In this document: in pieces, positions 1 through 8,416 of the stretch
Position numbering within the stretch: the stretch's first letter is position 1
Layout: the number at the start of each line of letters is the position of its first letter
Source: an uncultured Microbacteriaceae bacterium
GTDB taxonomy: Bacteria; Actinomycetota; Actinomycetes; Actinomycetales; Microbacteriaceae
Assembly: GCA_964246985.1 (NCBI GenBank)
Contig: CAXTSE010000016.1
Span: 602-64,601 of the forward strand
Direction of reading: 5' to 3'
Length of the DNA stretch: 64,000 nt
The notes under the pieces: generated by a model
Seen by the model: only the letters and a program-made list of their open reading frames with translations
What the model was told of the DNA's origin: nothing
The model's database searches: none
Made by a program: the position numbers and the translations under genes

Positions 1-21
1 AGCCTACGGGGACATACTGCA

Positions 22-68
22 GTGCAAAGAGATGCTTGCAAATAAACTGTTGCAAAGATACCTTTGCA
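22..68. promoter_or_regulatory. AT-rich operator-like repeats (TGCAAAG x3 direct, one inverted; perfect palindrome TGCAAAG-ATAC-CTTTGCA at 51-68)
   Basis: Read directly: tgcaaag at 23-29, tgcaaa at 37-42, tgcaaag at 51-57, ctttgca at 62-68. Ends 2 nt before the ATG at 71. Locally AT-rich in a 70% GC window. Confidence 0.4.
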
Positions 69-70
69 TC

Positions 71-772
71 ATGACCGACCCGCGCAAGAGCAACTACCAC
101 CTCGGCCGCGCCGACCAGCTCGACATGGCCGCGGTGAAGGCGCTCGCTCACCCCCTCCGTGTGCGCATCCTCGACGAGCTGTCGATGTTCGGCCCCCTCA
201 CGGCAAGCGGCGTCGGCGAGCGACTCCAGGAGTCGAGCGGCTCGACCAGCTACCACCTCCGCCAGCTCGAGAAGCACGGCCTCGTCCGCGAGGTCGACGG
301 ACTCGGCAGCGCTCGCGAGCGCTGGTGGGAGCGCACCCCAGGATCCATCTCGATCCCGGACCCGAGCGACTTCCCGCCTGGGAGCGCGGAGCGGCTCGCC
401 AGCAAGCTCGTCGAAGCCGAATGGAACCGCGCTCGCGAGACGAACATCCACGAGTACCTGCGCGAGGGGGAGAACGTCTTCGGCCGCGAATGGACCGACG
501 TCGCGACCGCGGACACGATCAACCTGCGGCTGACTCCCGAGCAGCTGCGCCAGCTCGTCGCCGACATCGACGTCGTGCTGTGGACGTACATCGACGCCTA
601 CAAGCGCACCCCCACTACAGGCTCCCGACCGGTCCAGATCCACGTGAACGCGTTCCCCCTGGTGCGCGGCGACGTCACCCCTGAGGGGTGGACTCCCGGC
701 CCCGACGAGGTGGATGCCGGGGGCGGCTCCACGGGCACCGCCGATGTCGGTGGCACAGGCAAGAATCCCTGA
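71..772 (+). CDS. ArsR/SmtB-like winged-helix transcriptional regulator
   Basis: ORF 32..772, ATG 71 chosen (MTDPRK). wHTH core AVKALAHPLRVRILDELSMFGPLTASGVGERLQESSGSTSYHLRQLEKHGLV. Strong GC3 bias. Confidence 0.8.
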   Translation: MTDPRKSNYHLGRADQLDMAAVKALAHPLRVRILDELSMFGPLTASGVGERLQESSGSTSYHLRQLEKHGLVREVDGLGSARERWWERTPGSISIPDPSDFPPGSAERLASKLVEAEWNRARETNIHEYLREGENVFGREWTDVATADTINLRLTPEQLRQLVADIDVVLWTYIDAYKRTPTTGSRPVQIHVNAFPLVRGDVTPEGWTPGPDEVDAGGGSTGTADVGGTGKNP

Positions 773-1038
773 TGAGGACCATGATGATGAGAAGCGGGGA
801 CGGCACCATGAGCGCCATCGGCATGAGCACGACGCACACCTACTACCGCAGCATCCACGGCGTTCCGGGACTCGCTGTCCGGCTGGGTCGGATGCTCGAG
901 CTGTGGGGCACGCGGGCATCCCGCTCGCTCGACCGGCACGAGCTGCTTCGGCGCCACGACGCCGAGATGGGTGCACGACGAGCTCTCGCCGAGCGCGACG
1001 CGATCATCGCCCGGCACTGCTCCAGCGGCATCCGATGA
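772..1038 (+). CDS. hypothetical small protein (88 aa), translationally coupled to the regulator
   Basis: ATG 772 overlaps the upstream TGA (ATGA at 770-774). Same frame as ORF 688..1038. Moderate GC3 bias, no family recognised. Confidence 0.45.
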   Translation: MRTMMMRSGDGTMSAIGMSTTHTYYRSIHGVPGLAVRLGRMLELWGTRASRSLDRHELLRRHDAEMGARRALAERDAIIARHCSSGIR

Positions 1039-1048
1039 TCGGGCGACG

Positions 1049-1288
1049 TCAGTCGGCCTGCGTGACCGTCACGGTGTCGGTCGCCGGCTCGTAGCGCAGG
1101 GTCGTCCCGTCGTCGAGCTCGACGACGGGTCGACCCTCGAGCCAGGTGAGGGTCCAGCGCCAGGTGCTCGCATCGACGCCGGGAAGCCCGGCCAGCTCCG
1201 CCTCCACCTCGCCGATCGCCGCGACCACGGCCGGGGGCAGACGGTCGGGCGGGGTGGCTCCGACCGTCCAGCGGGTGCCTAGCTGCAT
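1049..1288 (-). CDS. hypothetical protein (79 aa)
   Basis: Internal ATG (MQLGTRWTV...) of ORF 1049..1447. High GC3. The upstream part of the ORF looks non-coding (Pro/Arg/Thr junk). Confidence 0.5.
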   Translation of the reverse strand: MQLGTRWTVGATPPDRLPPAVVAAIGEVEAELAGLPGVDASTWRWTLTWLEGRPVVELDDGTTLRYEPATDTVTVTQAD

Positions 1289-1316
1289 GCGTGTCTCCAG
1301 TTCGTCGGGGTGCGGT

Positions 1317-1877
1317 TCACGATGAGGGTGCGCCCACGTCGACGGCCGCGAGCATCTCGCGTGCGGCTCCGTCGTAGGCATCGCGCGCGGCGTCCGAGGG
1401 CAGCCCGCATTCGTCGACGGGGGCGTAGTAGGTCGCGATCTCGTCACCGCGGTGGACCCAGATCACCAGCGGATCCTGCTGGCGCGGGCTGACGGCGAGC
1501 CAGCAGTGCGAGTCGCCGGTCGATGCCACGGCGTCCGCACGCCGGTAGGCGGCGAGGAGCTCGGCGGGATCGACGACCCGGTACGCCGTCTCCCACGGCC
1601 CGTAGGTGGTCGCCCCATCGGTCTGCCGGTGATCGTCGGCCCGGCAGATGTAGACCTGCTCGAAGGGGCCGGGCACCCCGTCGAGGTGGGTGGCGGCGAT
1701 GTCGGGGCAGTACGCCTCGACGGTCGGCTCCGTGATCGCCTCGACCGGGCTCGTGAAGAGGGGGGCGACCCGTGTGGCGTCGGCGTCGGCGGGGGGAGCG
1801 GCGCACGCGGTCAGAGCACCGAGCGAGAGCGCGAGCGCGCCCGCGCCCGCAGCAAGCGTCCGTCCGATGCCGCGCAT
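1317..1877 (-). CDS. putative lipoprotein, unknown function
   Basis: MRGIGRTLAAGAGALALSLGALTAC: signal peptide plus lipobox LTAC. Mature part has 4 Cys. Start at ATG 1877 inside ORF 1317..2201. Confidence 0.65.
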   Translation of the reverse strand: MRGIGRTLAAGAGALALSLGALTACAAPPADADATRVAPLFTSPVEAITEPTVEAYCPDIAATHLDGVPGPFEQVYICRADDHRQTDGATTYGPWETAYRVVDPAELLAAYRRADAVASTGDSHCWLAVSPRQQDPLVIWVHRGDEIATYYAPVDECGLPSDAARDAYDGAAREMLAAVDVGAPSS

Positions 1878-1894
1878 CCCGCCTCCCGTCGCCC

Positions 1895-4492
1895 CTACTG
1901 CTCCGGCGCCTCGGCGAGCACGATGTCGGTCACCGCGACCTCGTCGGCCGTGATCAGCGTCAGCTCGGCGATCCGCCCGACCGCCTTGAGGTCGTTCGCA
2001 GCCTCGGCGACGATCGACGGGCCGGCTAGGGTCGCCGAGAGCACGTCGGTCTTCTGGGAGGCCTTGGCGTCGGTCTTCGCCCGGCGGATGCCGATGAGAG
2101 CCGCGCTCGCAGCCGGCAGCACCCCGCGGGTCGGTCCCGCGAACTCGAGGTCGGAGGCCTCGGGCCAGGCGGCGAGATGCACCGAGCCGTCGTGGGTCCA
2201 CCGCCAGACCTCCTCCGTCGCGAACGGGATCACCGGCGCGAGCAGCCGCAGCAGCACGTCGATCGCGGTGCGGAGAGCGGTGACCGAGCTCGCCTCACCG
2301 GTGTAGGCGCGTTCCTTGACGAGCTCGAGGTAGTCGTCGCAGAAGGTCCAGAAGAACTGCTCGGCCACCTCGAGCGCGCGTGCGTGGTCGTACTGCTCGT
2401 AGGAGGCGGTCGCGAGCGTCACCACCTGGCGGAGCTCGGCGAGCATGTCGAGGTCGAGGGGGTTCGTGACAGTGGTCTCGACGGGGTCGACCGACGGGGC
2501 CGGGAACGAGTAGACGAACTTGGCCGCGTTCAGCACCTTGATCGCCAGGCGCCGCCCGATCTTGATCTGCTTCGGGTTCTGCGGGTCGAAGGCCGCGTCG
2601 GTGCCGAGGCGCGACGATGCCGCCCAGTAGCGCACCGCATCCGACCCGTGCTCGGTGAGCATGGCTGCGGGCGTGACGACGTTGCCCTTCGACTTCGACA
2701 TCTTCTTGCGGTCGGGGTCGACGATGAACCCCGAGATGCCGGCGTCGGTCCACGGGATCGCGCCGTGCTCGAGTTGGGCTCGCAGCACCGTCGTGAAGAG
2801 CCAGGTGCGGATGATGTCCTGGCCCTGCGAGCGAAGCGAGTAGGGGAACACCAGGTCGAACAGCTCGTCGTCGACGGCCCAGCCGCCCGCGATCTGGGGC
2901 GTGAGCGACGAGGTCGCCCAGGTGTCCATGATGTCGAGCTCGCCGACGAAGCCGTTTGGCTGGCCGCGCTGCGCCTCGTCGTAGCCGGGGGCGGCATCCG
3001 AGGAGGGATCGACGGGCAGGATCGCCTCACCGGGCACGATCGGCTCGGAGCGCATCGGCTCGCCATCGGAGTCGAGCGGATACCAGACGGGGATCGGGAC
3101 GCCGAAGAAGCGCTGCCGCGAGACCAGCCAGTCGCCGGTGAGGCCGCCGACCCAGTTCTCGTAGCGCACGCGCATGAACTCGGGGTGGAAGTCGATCTGC
3201 GACCCGGCCTCGAGCAGCTTGTCGCGCAGCATGATGTCGCGCGAGCCGTTGGCGATGTACCACTGGCGGGTCGTGATGATCTCGAGCGGCTTGTCGCCCT
3301 TCTCGAAGAACTTCACCGGATGCGTGATCGGCTTGGGCTCGCCGATCAGGTCTCCCGACTCCCGCAGCAGCTCCACCACCTTCGCCTTGGCGCTGAACAC
3401 CGTCTTGCCGACGAGCTCCGCGTAGGCCGCTGTGCCCTGCTCGTCGAACAGGTCGGCGGCGGGCGCCTCGGCGAGGATGCGGCCGTCGGCCCCGATCACG
3501 GCACGCGTCGGCAGGTCCAGCTCGCGCCACCAGACCACGTCGGTCACATCGCCGAACGTGCAGATCATGGCGATGCCCGATCCCTTGTCCTTCTGCGCCA
3601 GGTGATGGGCGAGCACCGGCACCTCGACGCCGAAGAGCGGGGTGCGCACGGTGGTGCCGAAGAGCGCCTGATAGCGCTCGTCATCCGGATGCGCGACGAG
3701 CGCCACACAGGCGGGCAGCAGCTCCGGCCGCGTGGTCTCGATCTCGATGGCGCCCTCGCCATCCGTGCGCGCGAACGCGACCCGGTGGTACGCGGCGGGC
3801 TGATCCTTGTCCTCGAGCTCGGCCTGGGCCACCGCGGTGCGGAACGTCACGTCCCAGAGTGTGGGCGCATCCGCCTGGTACGCCTCGCCGCGAGCGAGGT
3901 TGCGCAGGAACGCGCGCTGGGCGGCGAGCTGCGCCTCGGCGCCGATCGTGCGGTAGGTCAGCGACCAGTCGACGCTCAGGCCGAGGTCTCGCCAGAGGGC
4001 CTCGAACTGCTTCTCGTCCTCGGCCGTCAGGCGCTCGCACAGCTCGATGAAGTTGCGGCGCGAGATCGGCACCTGGTCGGCGGCCTTGCTCGAGGCATTG
4101 TCTCCGCCCTCGAGGGGAGGCGTGTACCCCTCGACGTAGGGCAGGGTCGGGTCGCAGCGCACGCCGTAGTAGTTCTGCACGCGGCGCTCGGTGGGGAGGC
4201 CGTTGTCGTCCCAGCCCATCGGATAGAAGATCTGCTTGCCGCGCATGCGCTGGAATCGGGCCGCGAGATCCATGTGGGTGTAGCTGAAGACATGCCCGAT
4301 GTGGAGGCTGCCCGACGCGGTGGGCGGGGGAGTGTCGACGCTGAACACGGAGTCCTTGCCGGCGGCCACGGCGGCCGCGCGGTCGAAGCGGTGGGTGCCC
4401 TCGCGCTCCCACACCTCGCCCCAGGTCGCTTCGAGCCCTTCGAGGGCCGGCTTGTCGGGGATGGATCGTGCGGCGCTGGTGGCGTCGGTCAT
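1895..4492 (-). CDS. valS: valine--tRNA ligase
   Basis: Class Ia aaRS motifs SLHIGHVFSY (HIGH) and KKMSKSKGN (KMSKS), about 865 aa, typical ValRS N-terminus WEREGTHRFD. ATG 4492 has GGAG 8 nt upstream; alternative ATG at 4522. Confidence 0.95.
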   Translation of the reverse strand: MTDATSAARSIPDKPALEGLEATWGEVWEREGTHRFDRAAAVAAGKDSVFSVDTPPPTASGSLHIGHVFSYTHMDLAARFQRMRGKQIFYPMGWDDNGLPTERRVQNYYGVRCDPTLPYVEGYTPPLEGGDNASSKAADQVPISRRNFIELCERLTAEDEKQFEALWRDLGLSVDWSLTYRTIGAEAQLAAQRAFLRNLARGEAYQADAPTLWDVTFRTAVAQAELEDKDQPAAYHRVAFARTDGEGAIEIETTRPELLPACVALVAHPDDERYQALFGTTVRTPLFGVEVPVLAHHLAQKDKGSGIAMICTFGDVTDVVWWRELDLPTRAVIGADGRILAEAPAADLFDEQGTAAYAELVGKTVFSAKAKVVELLRESGDLIGEPKPITHPVKFFEKGDKPLEIITTRQWYIANGSRDIMLRDKLLEAGSQIDFHPEFMRVRYENWVGGLTGDWLVSRQRFFGVPIPVWYPLDSDGEPMRSEPIVPGEAILPVDPSSDAAPGYDEAQRGQPNGFVGELDIMDTWATSSLTPQIAGGWAVDDELFDLVFPYSLRSQGQDIIRTWLFTTVLRAQLEHGAIPWTDAGISGFIVDPDRKKMSKSKGNVVTPAAMLTEHGSDAVRYWAASSRLGTDAAFDPQNPKQIKIGRRLAIKVLNAAKFVYSFPAPSVDPVETTVTNPLDLDMLAELRQVVTLATASYEQYDHARALEVAEQFFWTFCDDYLELVKERAYTGEASSVTALRTAIDVLLRLLAPVIPFATEEVWRWTHDGSVHLAAWPEASDLEFAGPTRGVLPAASAALIGIRRAKTDAKASQKTDVLSATLAGPSIVAEAANDLKAVGRIAELTLITADEVAVTDIVLAEAPEQ

Positions 4493-4631
4493 GGCGGATG
4501 CTCCGTCCGGTATGTGCGGCACCGTGTCGGTGGAGAGGTGCCTGAGTGTGCGTCCGTGTGGACGCCGTCGAGTCTACGCGGCCCCCTCAGTGGGGCATGT
4601 GATTCCGGGGTACAGGCCGCAGTCTGGGTGG

Positions 4632-6062
4632 ATGCGCACCCGTTCCGTCGAGTCGGCCCTCGCGCGCCGCTGGTCGGTGCGGTCGAGGATCCTCGCCACC
4701 ATCCTCGTCGTGGCCGCCCTCGGCCTGATCGCCGCGGGCGCCGTCACCTACCTCGTCGGCCGGCAGTCGGTGCTCGCGGGCATCGACGCGCAGCTCACGC
4801 AGCAGGTCGCCGACGCGCGCGCGGTCGCGCTCGGCGGGGACACGCCCCCGACCACCACGCGCGAGGCGCTCGCCGCCATCGTCGCCCAGGTGGTGCCCGA
4901 TCGCTACCAGAGCTCGCTCGGCATCCTCGCCGGCGAGGCCGTCTTCGCACCCGGCGTGACGACGTCGTTCGACATGCCCTTCGAGCCCGGCTTCACCCAG
5001 CGCGTCCTCGGCGAGGTCAGCGACGGCACCGTGCGGCTGGGCAGCGCTTCGGTGAACGGCATCGATCTGCGCTACATCGCCGTGCCCATCGCGGTGGACG
5101 ACGACCGCGGGGTGTTCCTCATCGGCGCCGACATCCAGGCCGCGCTGAGCGACTTCACCGCCGCGTTCAGCGCCTACGCCGTCGTCGCCGTCATCGTGCT
5201 GGCCCTCATCGGGTTCGCCGGATGGATCGTCGCAGGACGGCTGCTCGCGCCGATCCGCCAGCTGCGTCTCGCCGCCGCGGAGATCACGGAGTCGTCCCGC
5301 AGCACGCGCATCCCGGTCGTGGGCAACGACGACGTCTCCGAGCTGACCGGCACCGTCAACGACATGCTCGACCGCCTCGACGGAGCACTCGTCAGCCAGC
5401 GTCGTCTGCTCGACGACGTGCGCCACGAGCTGAAGACCCCGATCACGATCGTGCGGGGGCACCTCGAGCTCATGGATCCGGTCGACGTCGACGACGTGCG
5501 CTCGACCCAGCTGATCGCCATCGACGAGCTCGACCGCATGTCAGGGCTCATCGACGAGATCGAGGTGCTGGCCGAGAGTCGGATGCTGCAGGTGCATCCG
5601 ACGAGCATCCTCGCGGGGGAGCTCACCTCCGAGGTGTTCGCGAAGGCGCGCGGATACCGCGATCACCAATGGCGGCTGGCCGCGACCTCCGCGGGGGTCG
5701 TCTCGGTCGACCGGCAGAAGATGGCGCAGGCCTGGCTGCAGCTCGTCGACAATGCCGTCAAGTACTCGCCGGGCGGATCCACCATCAGCATCGGCTCTGC
5801 CGACGTCGAGGGCGCGGTGCAGTTCTGGGTGCAGGACCAGGGGCCGGGGATCCCGCCCGGATCCGAGCACCTGATCTTCGAGAGATCGCGTCGCGCCGAC
5901 ACATCGGGCGTGCACGGATCGGGCCTCGGGCTGTCGATCGTGCGCTCGATCGTCGCCGCGCACGGCGGACGCGTGGCGCACACGTCCTCACCCGCCGGCA
6001 CCACCATCGGGTTCATCCTCCCGGCGCAGACCACGGCCGCGCGCGAGATGGTGGACGCATGA
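4632..6062 (+). CDS. sensor histidine kinase (2 TM, HAMP, HisKA, HATPase_c)
   Basis: H-box VRHELKTPITIVRGHLEL; G-boxes QDQGPGIP and GSGLGLSIVRSIV; TM segments ILATILVVAALGLIAAGAV and AYAVVAVIVLALIGFAGWIV. ATG 4632 inside ORF 4299..6062. Confidence 0.9.
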   Translation: MRTRSVESALARRWSVRSRILATILVVAALGLIAAGAVTYLVGRQSVLAGIDAQLTQQVADARAVALGGDTPPTTTREALAAIVAQVVPDRYQSSLGILAGEAVFAPGVTTSFDMPFEPGFTQRVLGEVSDGTVRLGSASVNGIDLRYIAVPIAVDDDRGVFLIGADIQAALSDFTAAFSAYAVVAVIVLALIGFAGWIVAGRLLAPIRQLRLAAAEITESSRSTRIPVVGNDDVSELTGTVNDMLDRLDGALVSQRRLLDDVRHELKTPITIVRGHLELMDPVDVDDVRSTQLIAIDELDRMSGLIDEIEVLAESRMLQVHPTSILAGELTSEVFAKARGYRDHQWRLAATSAGVVSVDRQKMAQAWLQLVDNAVKYSPGGSTISIGSADVEGAVQFWVQDQGPGIPPGSEHLIFERSRRADTSGVHGSGLGLSIVRSIVAAHGGRVAHTSSPAGTTIGFILPAQTTAAREMVDA

Positions 6063-6715
6063 GCATCCTCGTCGCCGAGGACGAGACGCGCATCGCGAGC
6101 TTCCTCGACAAGGGGCTGCGGGCCGCCGGCTTCGTCACGCACATCGTCGGCGACGGTCGGCAGGCGGTCGACGCCGCCCTCACCGGCCGGCACGATCTGC
6201 TGCTGCTCGACGTCGGCCTGCCCGGTCTCGACGGGTTCGAGGTGCTGCAGCGTGTGCGATCCGTCGACACCGCCCTCCCGATCATCATGCTCACGGCTCG
6301 CACGTCGGCGTCCGACACGGTGGCAGGGCTCACCGGCGGCGCGGACGACTACGTGCCGAAGCCCTTCCGCTTCGACGAGCTGCTCGCGCGCATCCGACTG
6401 CGGATGGCGAAGGCGGATGCGGCGGGCACGTCGCGCACGCTCTCGCACGACGGCATCACGCTCGACCTGCGCAGCCGCCAGGTCGCCGCGGGCGGACAGC
6501 CCGTCGACCTGTCGGCGCGGGAGTTCGCGCTCGCCGAGGAGCTGCTGCGGAACGCGGGCCACGTGCTCAGCCGTGAGCACCTGCTGAGCGCGGTCTGGGG
6601 CGTCGATTTCGATCCCGGATCCAACGTGGTCGATGTGTACGTGCGCTACCTGCGCGGCAAGCTCGGCGCCGACCGCATCGAGACGCTGCGCGGCCAGGGG
6701 TACCGGCTCGTCTGA
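6059..6715 (+). CDS. OmpR/PhoB-family response regulator
   Basis: MSILVAEDE...LLLLDVGLPGLDG...YVPKPF receiver domain plus C-terminal wHTH (LSAREFALAEELL...VYVRYLRGKL). ATGA overlap with the kinase stop. Confidence 0.95.
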   Translation: MSILVAEDETRIASFLDKGLRAAGFVTHIVGDGRQAVDAALTGRHDLLLLDVGLPGLDGFEVLQRVRSVDTALPIIMLTARTSASDTVAGLTGGADDYVPKPFRFDELLARIRLRMAKADAAGTSRTLSHDGITLDLRSRQVAAGGQPVDLSAREFALAEELLRNAGHVLSREHLLSAVWGVDFDPGSNVVDVYVRYLRGKLGADRIETLRGQGYRLV

Positions 6716-6768
6716 CGCGCCGCCCGCCGGCACCGCGGCGTCGCGGGGCGGAGACGCTCGCGGACATG

Positions 6769-6802
6769 AGGAAGGGCGCGGCCCCCCGGCCGCGCCCTTC
6801 CT
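6769..6802. terminator. bidirectional hairpin between convergent genes
   Basis: aggaagggcgcggcc-cccc-ggccgcgcccttcct, perfect 15-bp stem. Confidence 0.6.
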
Positions 6803-6873
6803 GTGATCTGATCACCGGCCCTCAGCGGCCGGCTGACGAATCGCGGTGGGGACCCCTCCCCGCCGCCTCGCGA

Positions 6874-7509
6874 TCAGTCGTCGTGCTTCTGGTCCTTCAG
6901 GGAGTCCTTGAGGTCCTTCAGCGTGTCTTTGATGAGGTCTTTGAGCTTGTCGCCGCCGTGCCCGGAGTTGCCCGACCCGGAGCTGCTGTTCCCGGGTCCG
7001 GAGTTGCCGGGCTTGGCCGGCGCGGGGGCAGGAGCAGGTGCTGCCGGCGCGGGCGGGACGACGACGGGTGCGGCCGGTGCCGGCGCGGCGGGCGCCGCAG
7101 GCGCGGCGGGCTTCTCCGGCTTGCTGGGCTTCTCGGGCTTGGCGGGCTTCTCCGGCTTGGCGGGCGTCTCAGGCTTGTCCGACTCGGGCTTCCCCGTCGG
7201 CTCGGGCTTGGAGGAGGTCTGGGGAGCGGACGCGGCAGGCGCGGACGTGTCCTCGGACACGCGCGGCGCGCTGCCGTCGATGACCGCGGCGGCGGGCGGA
7301 GCGACCGGGGTCGGGGTTCCGACGACGGCCTTCGTCACGGCGCCCTCGGAGGCGACCTGGTCGGGCGCGGCGATGGCCGCGACGCTCAGCGCCTGGCCCG
7401 CCGACTCGACGGGCGAGGCCGCCACCGCGACTGCGGAACCGCCGACGGCGAGCACGCAGGTGACCACCGAGGCGGTGATCAGGAGGCTGACGGAGGAGCG
7501 CATATCCAC
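6874..7509 (-). CDS. secreted low-complexity repeat protein (PEKPAK hexapeptide repeats, K/D-rich amphipathic C-terminus)
   Basis: N-terminal signal-like MDMRSSVSLLITASVVTCVLAVGGSAVAVAA; KPETPAKPEKPAKPEKPSKPEKP; C-terminus KLKDLIKDTLKDLKDSLKDQKHDD. GTG 7509 or ATG 7503. Confidence 0.7.
   Translation of the reverse strand: MDMRSSVSLLITASVVTCVLAVGGSAVAVAASPVESAGQALSVAAIAAPDQVASEGAVTKAVVGTPTPVAPPAAAVIDGSAPRVSEDTSAPAASAPQTSSKPEPTGKPESDKPETPAKPEKPAKPEKPSKPEKPAAPAAPAAPAPAAPVVVPPAPAAPAPAPAPAKPGNSGPGNSSSGSGNSGHGGDKLKDLIKDTLKDLKDSLKDQKHDD
7108..7179 (-). repeat. 18-bp in-frame tandem repeat x4 (encodes PEKPAK-type hexapeptides)
   Basis: gggcttctccggcttgct / gggcttctcgggcttggc / gggcttctccggcttggc / gggcgtctcaggcttgtc. 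Confidence 0.85.
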
Positions 7510-7568
7510 ATCATGGTGGGCGCCCGGATCGCGGTGGGCGGGGATGAGAGCACTCTCATCTTCGGGGT

Positions 7569-7586
7569 GTCCCCAAAACGGGGGAC
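7569..7586 (-). terminator. hairpin just downstream of the 7601..8353 gene
   Basis: Minus-strand GUCCCC-CGUUUU-GGGGAC, 15 nt after the stop. A second palindrome gatgagag-ca-ctctcatc lies at 7543-7560. Confidence 0.4.
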
Positions 7587-7600
7587 CGCGCAGGGGAGGC

Positions 7601-8353
7601 TCAGCCCGCCCTCACCGTGACCGACTGGCTGGCCTTGTCGCCGGTCTCCGAGTCGACGACCGTGATCGTGTAGACGTGCGACGGTGAGGAGCACGTGTAG
7701 GTGAACGGCGTCTCTGGGAAGTCGCCCGACGTCCCGGTGGCAGGCAGCCCGTCGTAGAGGAAGCCCGCCGACGCGTCGTCGGTGTCCACGCCGAAGAACA
7801 CCTGGTTGCCGCCGCTGGTGCTCCAGCCGATGTCGAGGTCCACCGTCGACGTGGGCGTCGGGCAGTCCACGGTGGTCGCGCCGGCCGTGAAGTACGACAC
7901 GGCGGGTCCGGATGCGGCGGGCGGCGCCGGCGCGGTCGTCGCGCTGGGCGTCGCCGACGGGGTGGGCGACTCCGACGGGGTCTCGGCCGCGGACGGGGTC
8001 GCGCTCGGCGTGGGGCTGCCCGCGACGTCGGGGTCGTCATCGCCGCCGGTGAGCACGACGACGAGCACGATCAGGGCGATCACGAGCAGCACGCCGGCGA
8101 TGATGAGCGCGATCAGGAGGCCGCGCGACTTCTTCTCCTCCTCAGGAGCACCGGGGATCCCCGCCCCGCCCGTGGGCGGTATCGGGGTGCCGAAGTCGAC
8201 GGGGCCGGGCGTCCCGTAGGTGCCGAAGCCGCCCGCGGCATCCGCCTGGGGGAGCCGCTGCGTCGGGAGGTCGTCACCCGCAGCGGGCAGACGGCGGGTC
8301 GGCTCGCCCTCGCCGGGCGACGGGAAGCGCTGGGTGGGGGTGTCGTCGCTCAT
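7601..8353 (-). CDS. bitopic membrane protein with N-terminal PTQRLP-type repeats, P/T/S linker and C-terminal beta-rich extracellular domain
   Basis: PTQRFP / PTRRLP / PTQRLP in the first 35 aa; TM LLIALIIAGVLLVIALIVLVVVL; linker SPTPSATPSAAETPSESPTPSATPSATT; C-terminal about 110 aa with 2 Cys. Confidence 0.75.
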   Translation of the reverse strand: MSDDTPTQRFPSPGEGEPTRRLPAAGDDLPTQRLPQADAAGGFGTYGTPGPVDFGTPIPPTGGAGIPGAPEEEKKSRGLLIALIIAGVLLVIALIVLVVVLTGGDDDPDVAGSPTPSATPSAAETPSESPTPSATPSATTAPAPPAASGPAVSYFTAGATTVDCPTPTSTVDLDIGWSTSGGNQVFFGVDTDDASAGFLYDGLPATGTSGDFPETPFTYTCSSPSHVYTITVVDSETGDKASQSVTVRAG

Positions 8354-8366
8354 GCCGCAAGCCTAG

Positions 8367-8405
8367 GACGGCCCCGCCACCGCCGGGTGGCGAGGCGGGG
8401 CCGTC
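8367..8405 (-). terminator. hairpin after the MFS gene
   Basis: gacggccccgcc-(15 nt)-ggcggggccgtc, 12-bp perfect stem between the stop at 8417 and the next start at 8353. Confidence 0.5.
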
Positions 8406-8416
8406 GGAGGAGAGGG

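Noticed and set aside
4493-4631. T-box or other leader for valS (likewise 53040..53104 for leuS)
   Set aside because: - No GGUGGUACCGCG-like motif occurs on the relevant strand.
- The leuS spacer is only about 60 nt.
- Only small generic GC hairpins (for example gcgtcc-gtgt-ggacgc at 4546-4561) are present.
2177-6715. 1512-aa ORF, the longest in the track
   Set aside because: - It is a composite. The first about 2.3 kb is antisense to valS and the next part is out of frame within the histidine kinase gene, with Arg/Gly/Asp/His-rich junk typical of GC-rich shadow frames.
- Only the last 656 nt (6059-6715) match a real protein, the OmpR-type response regulator.
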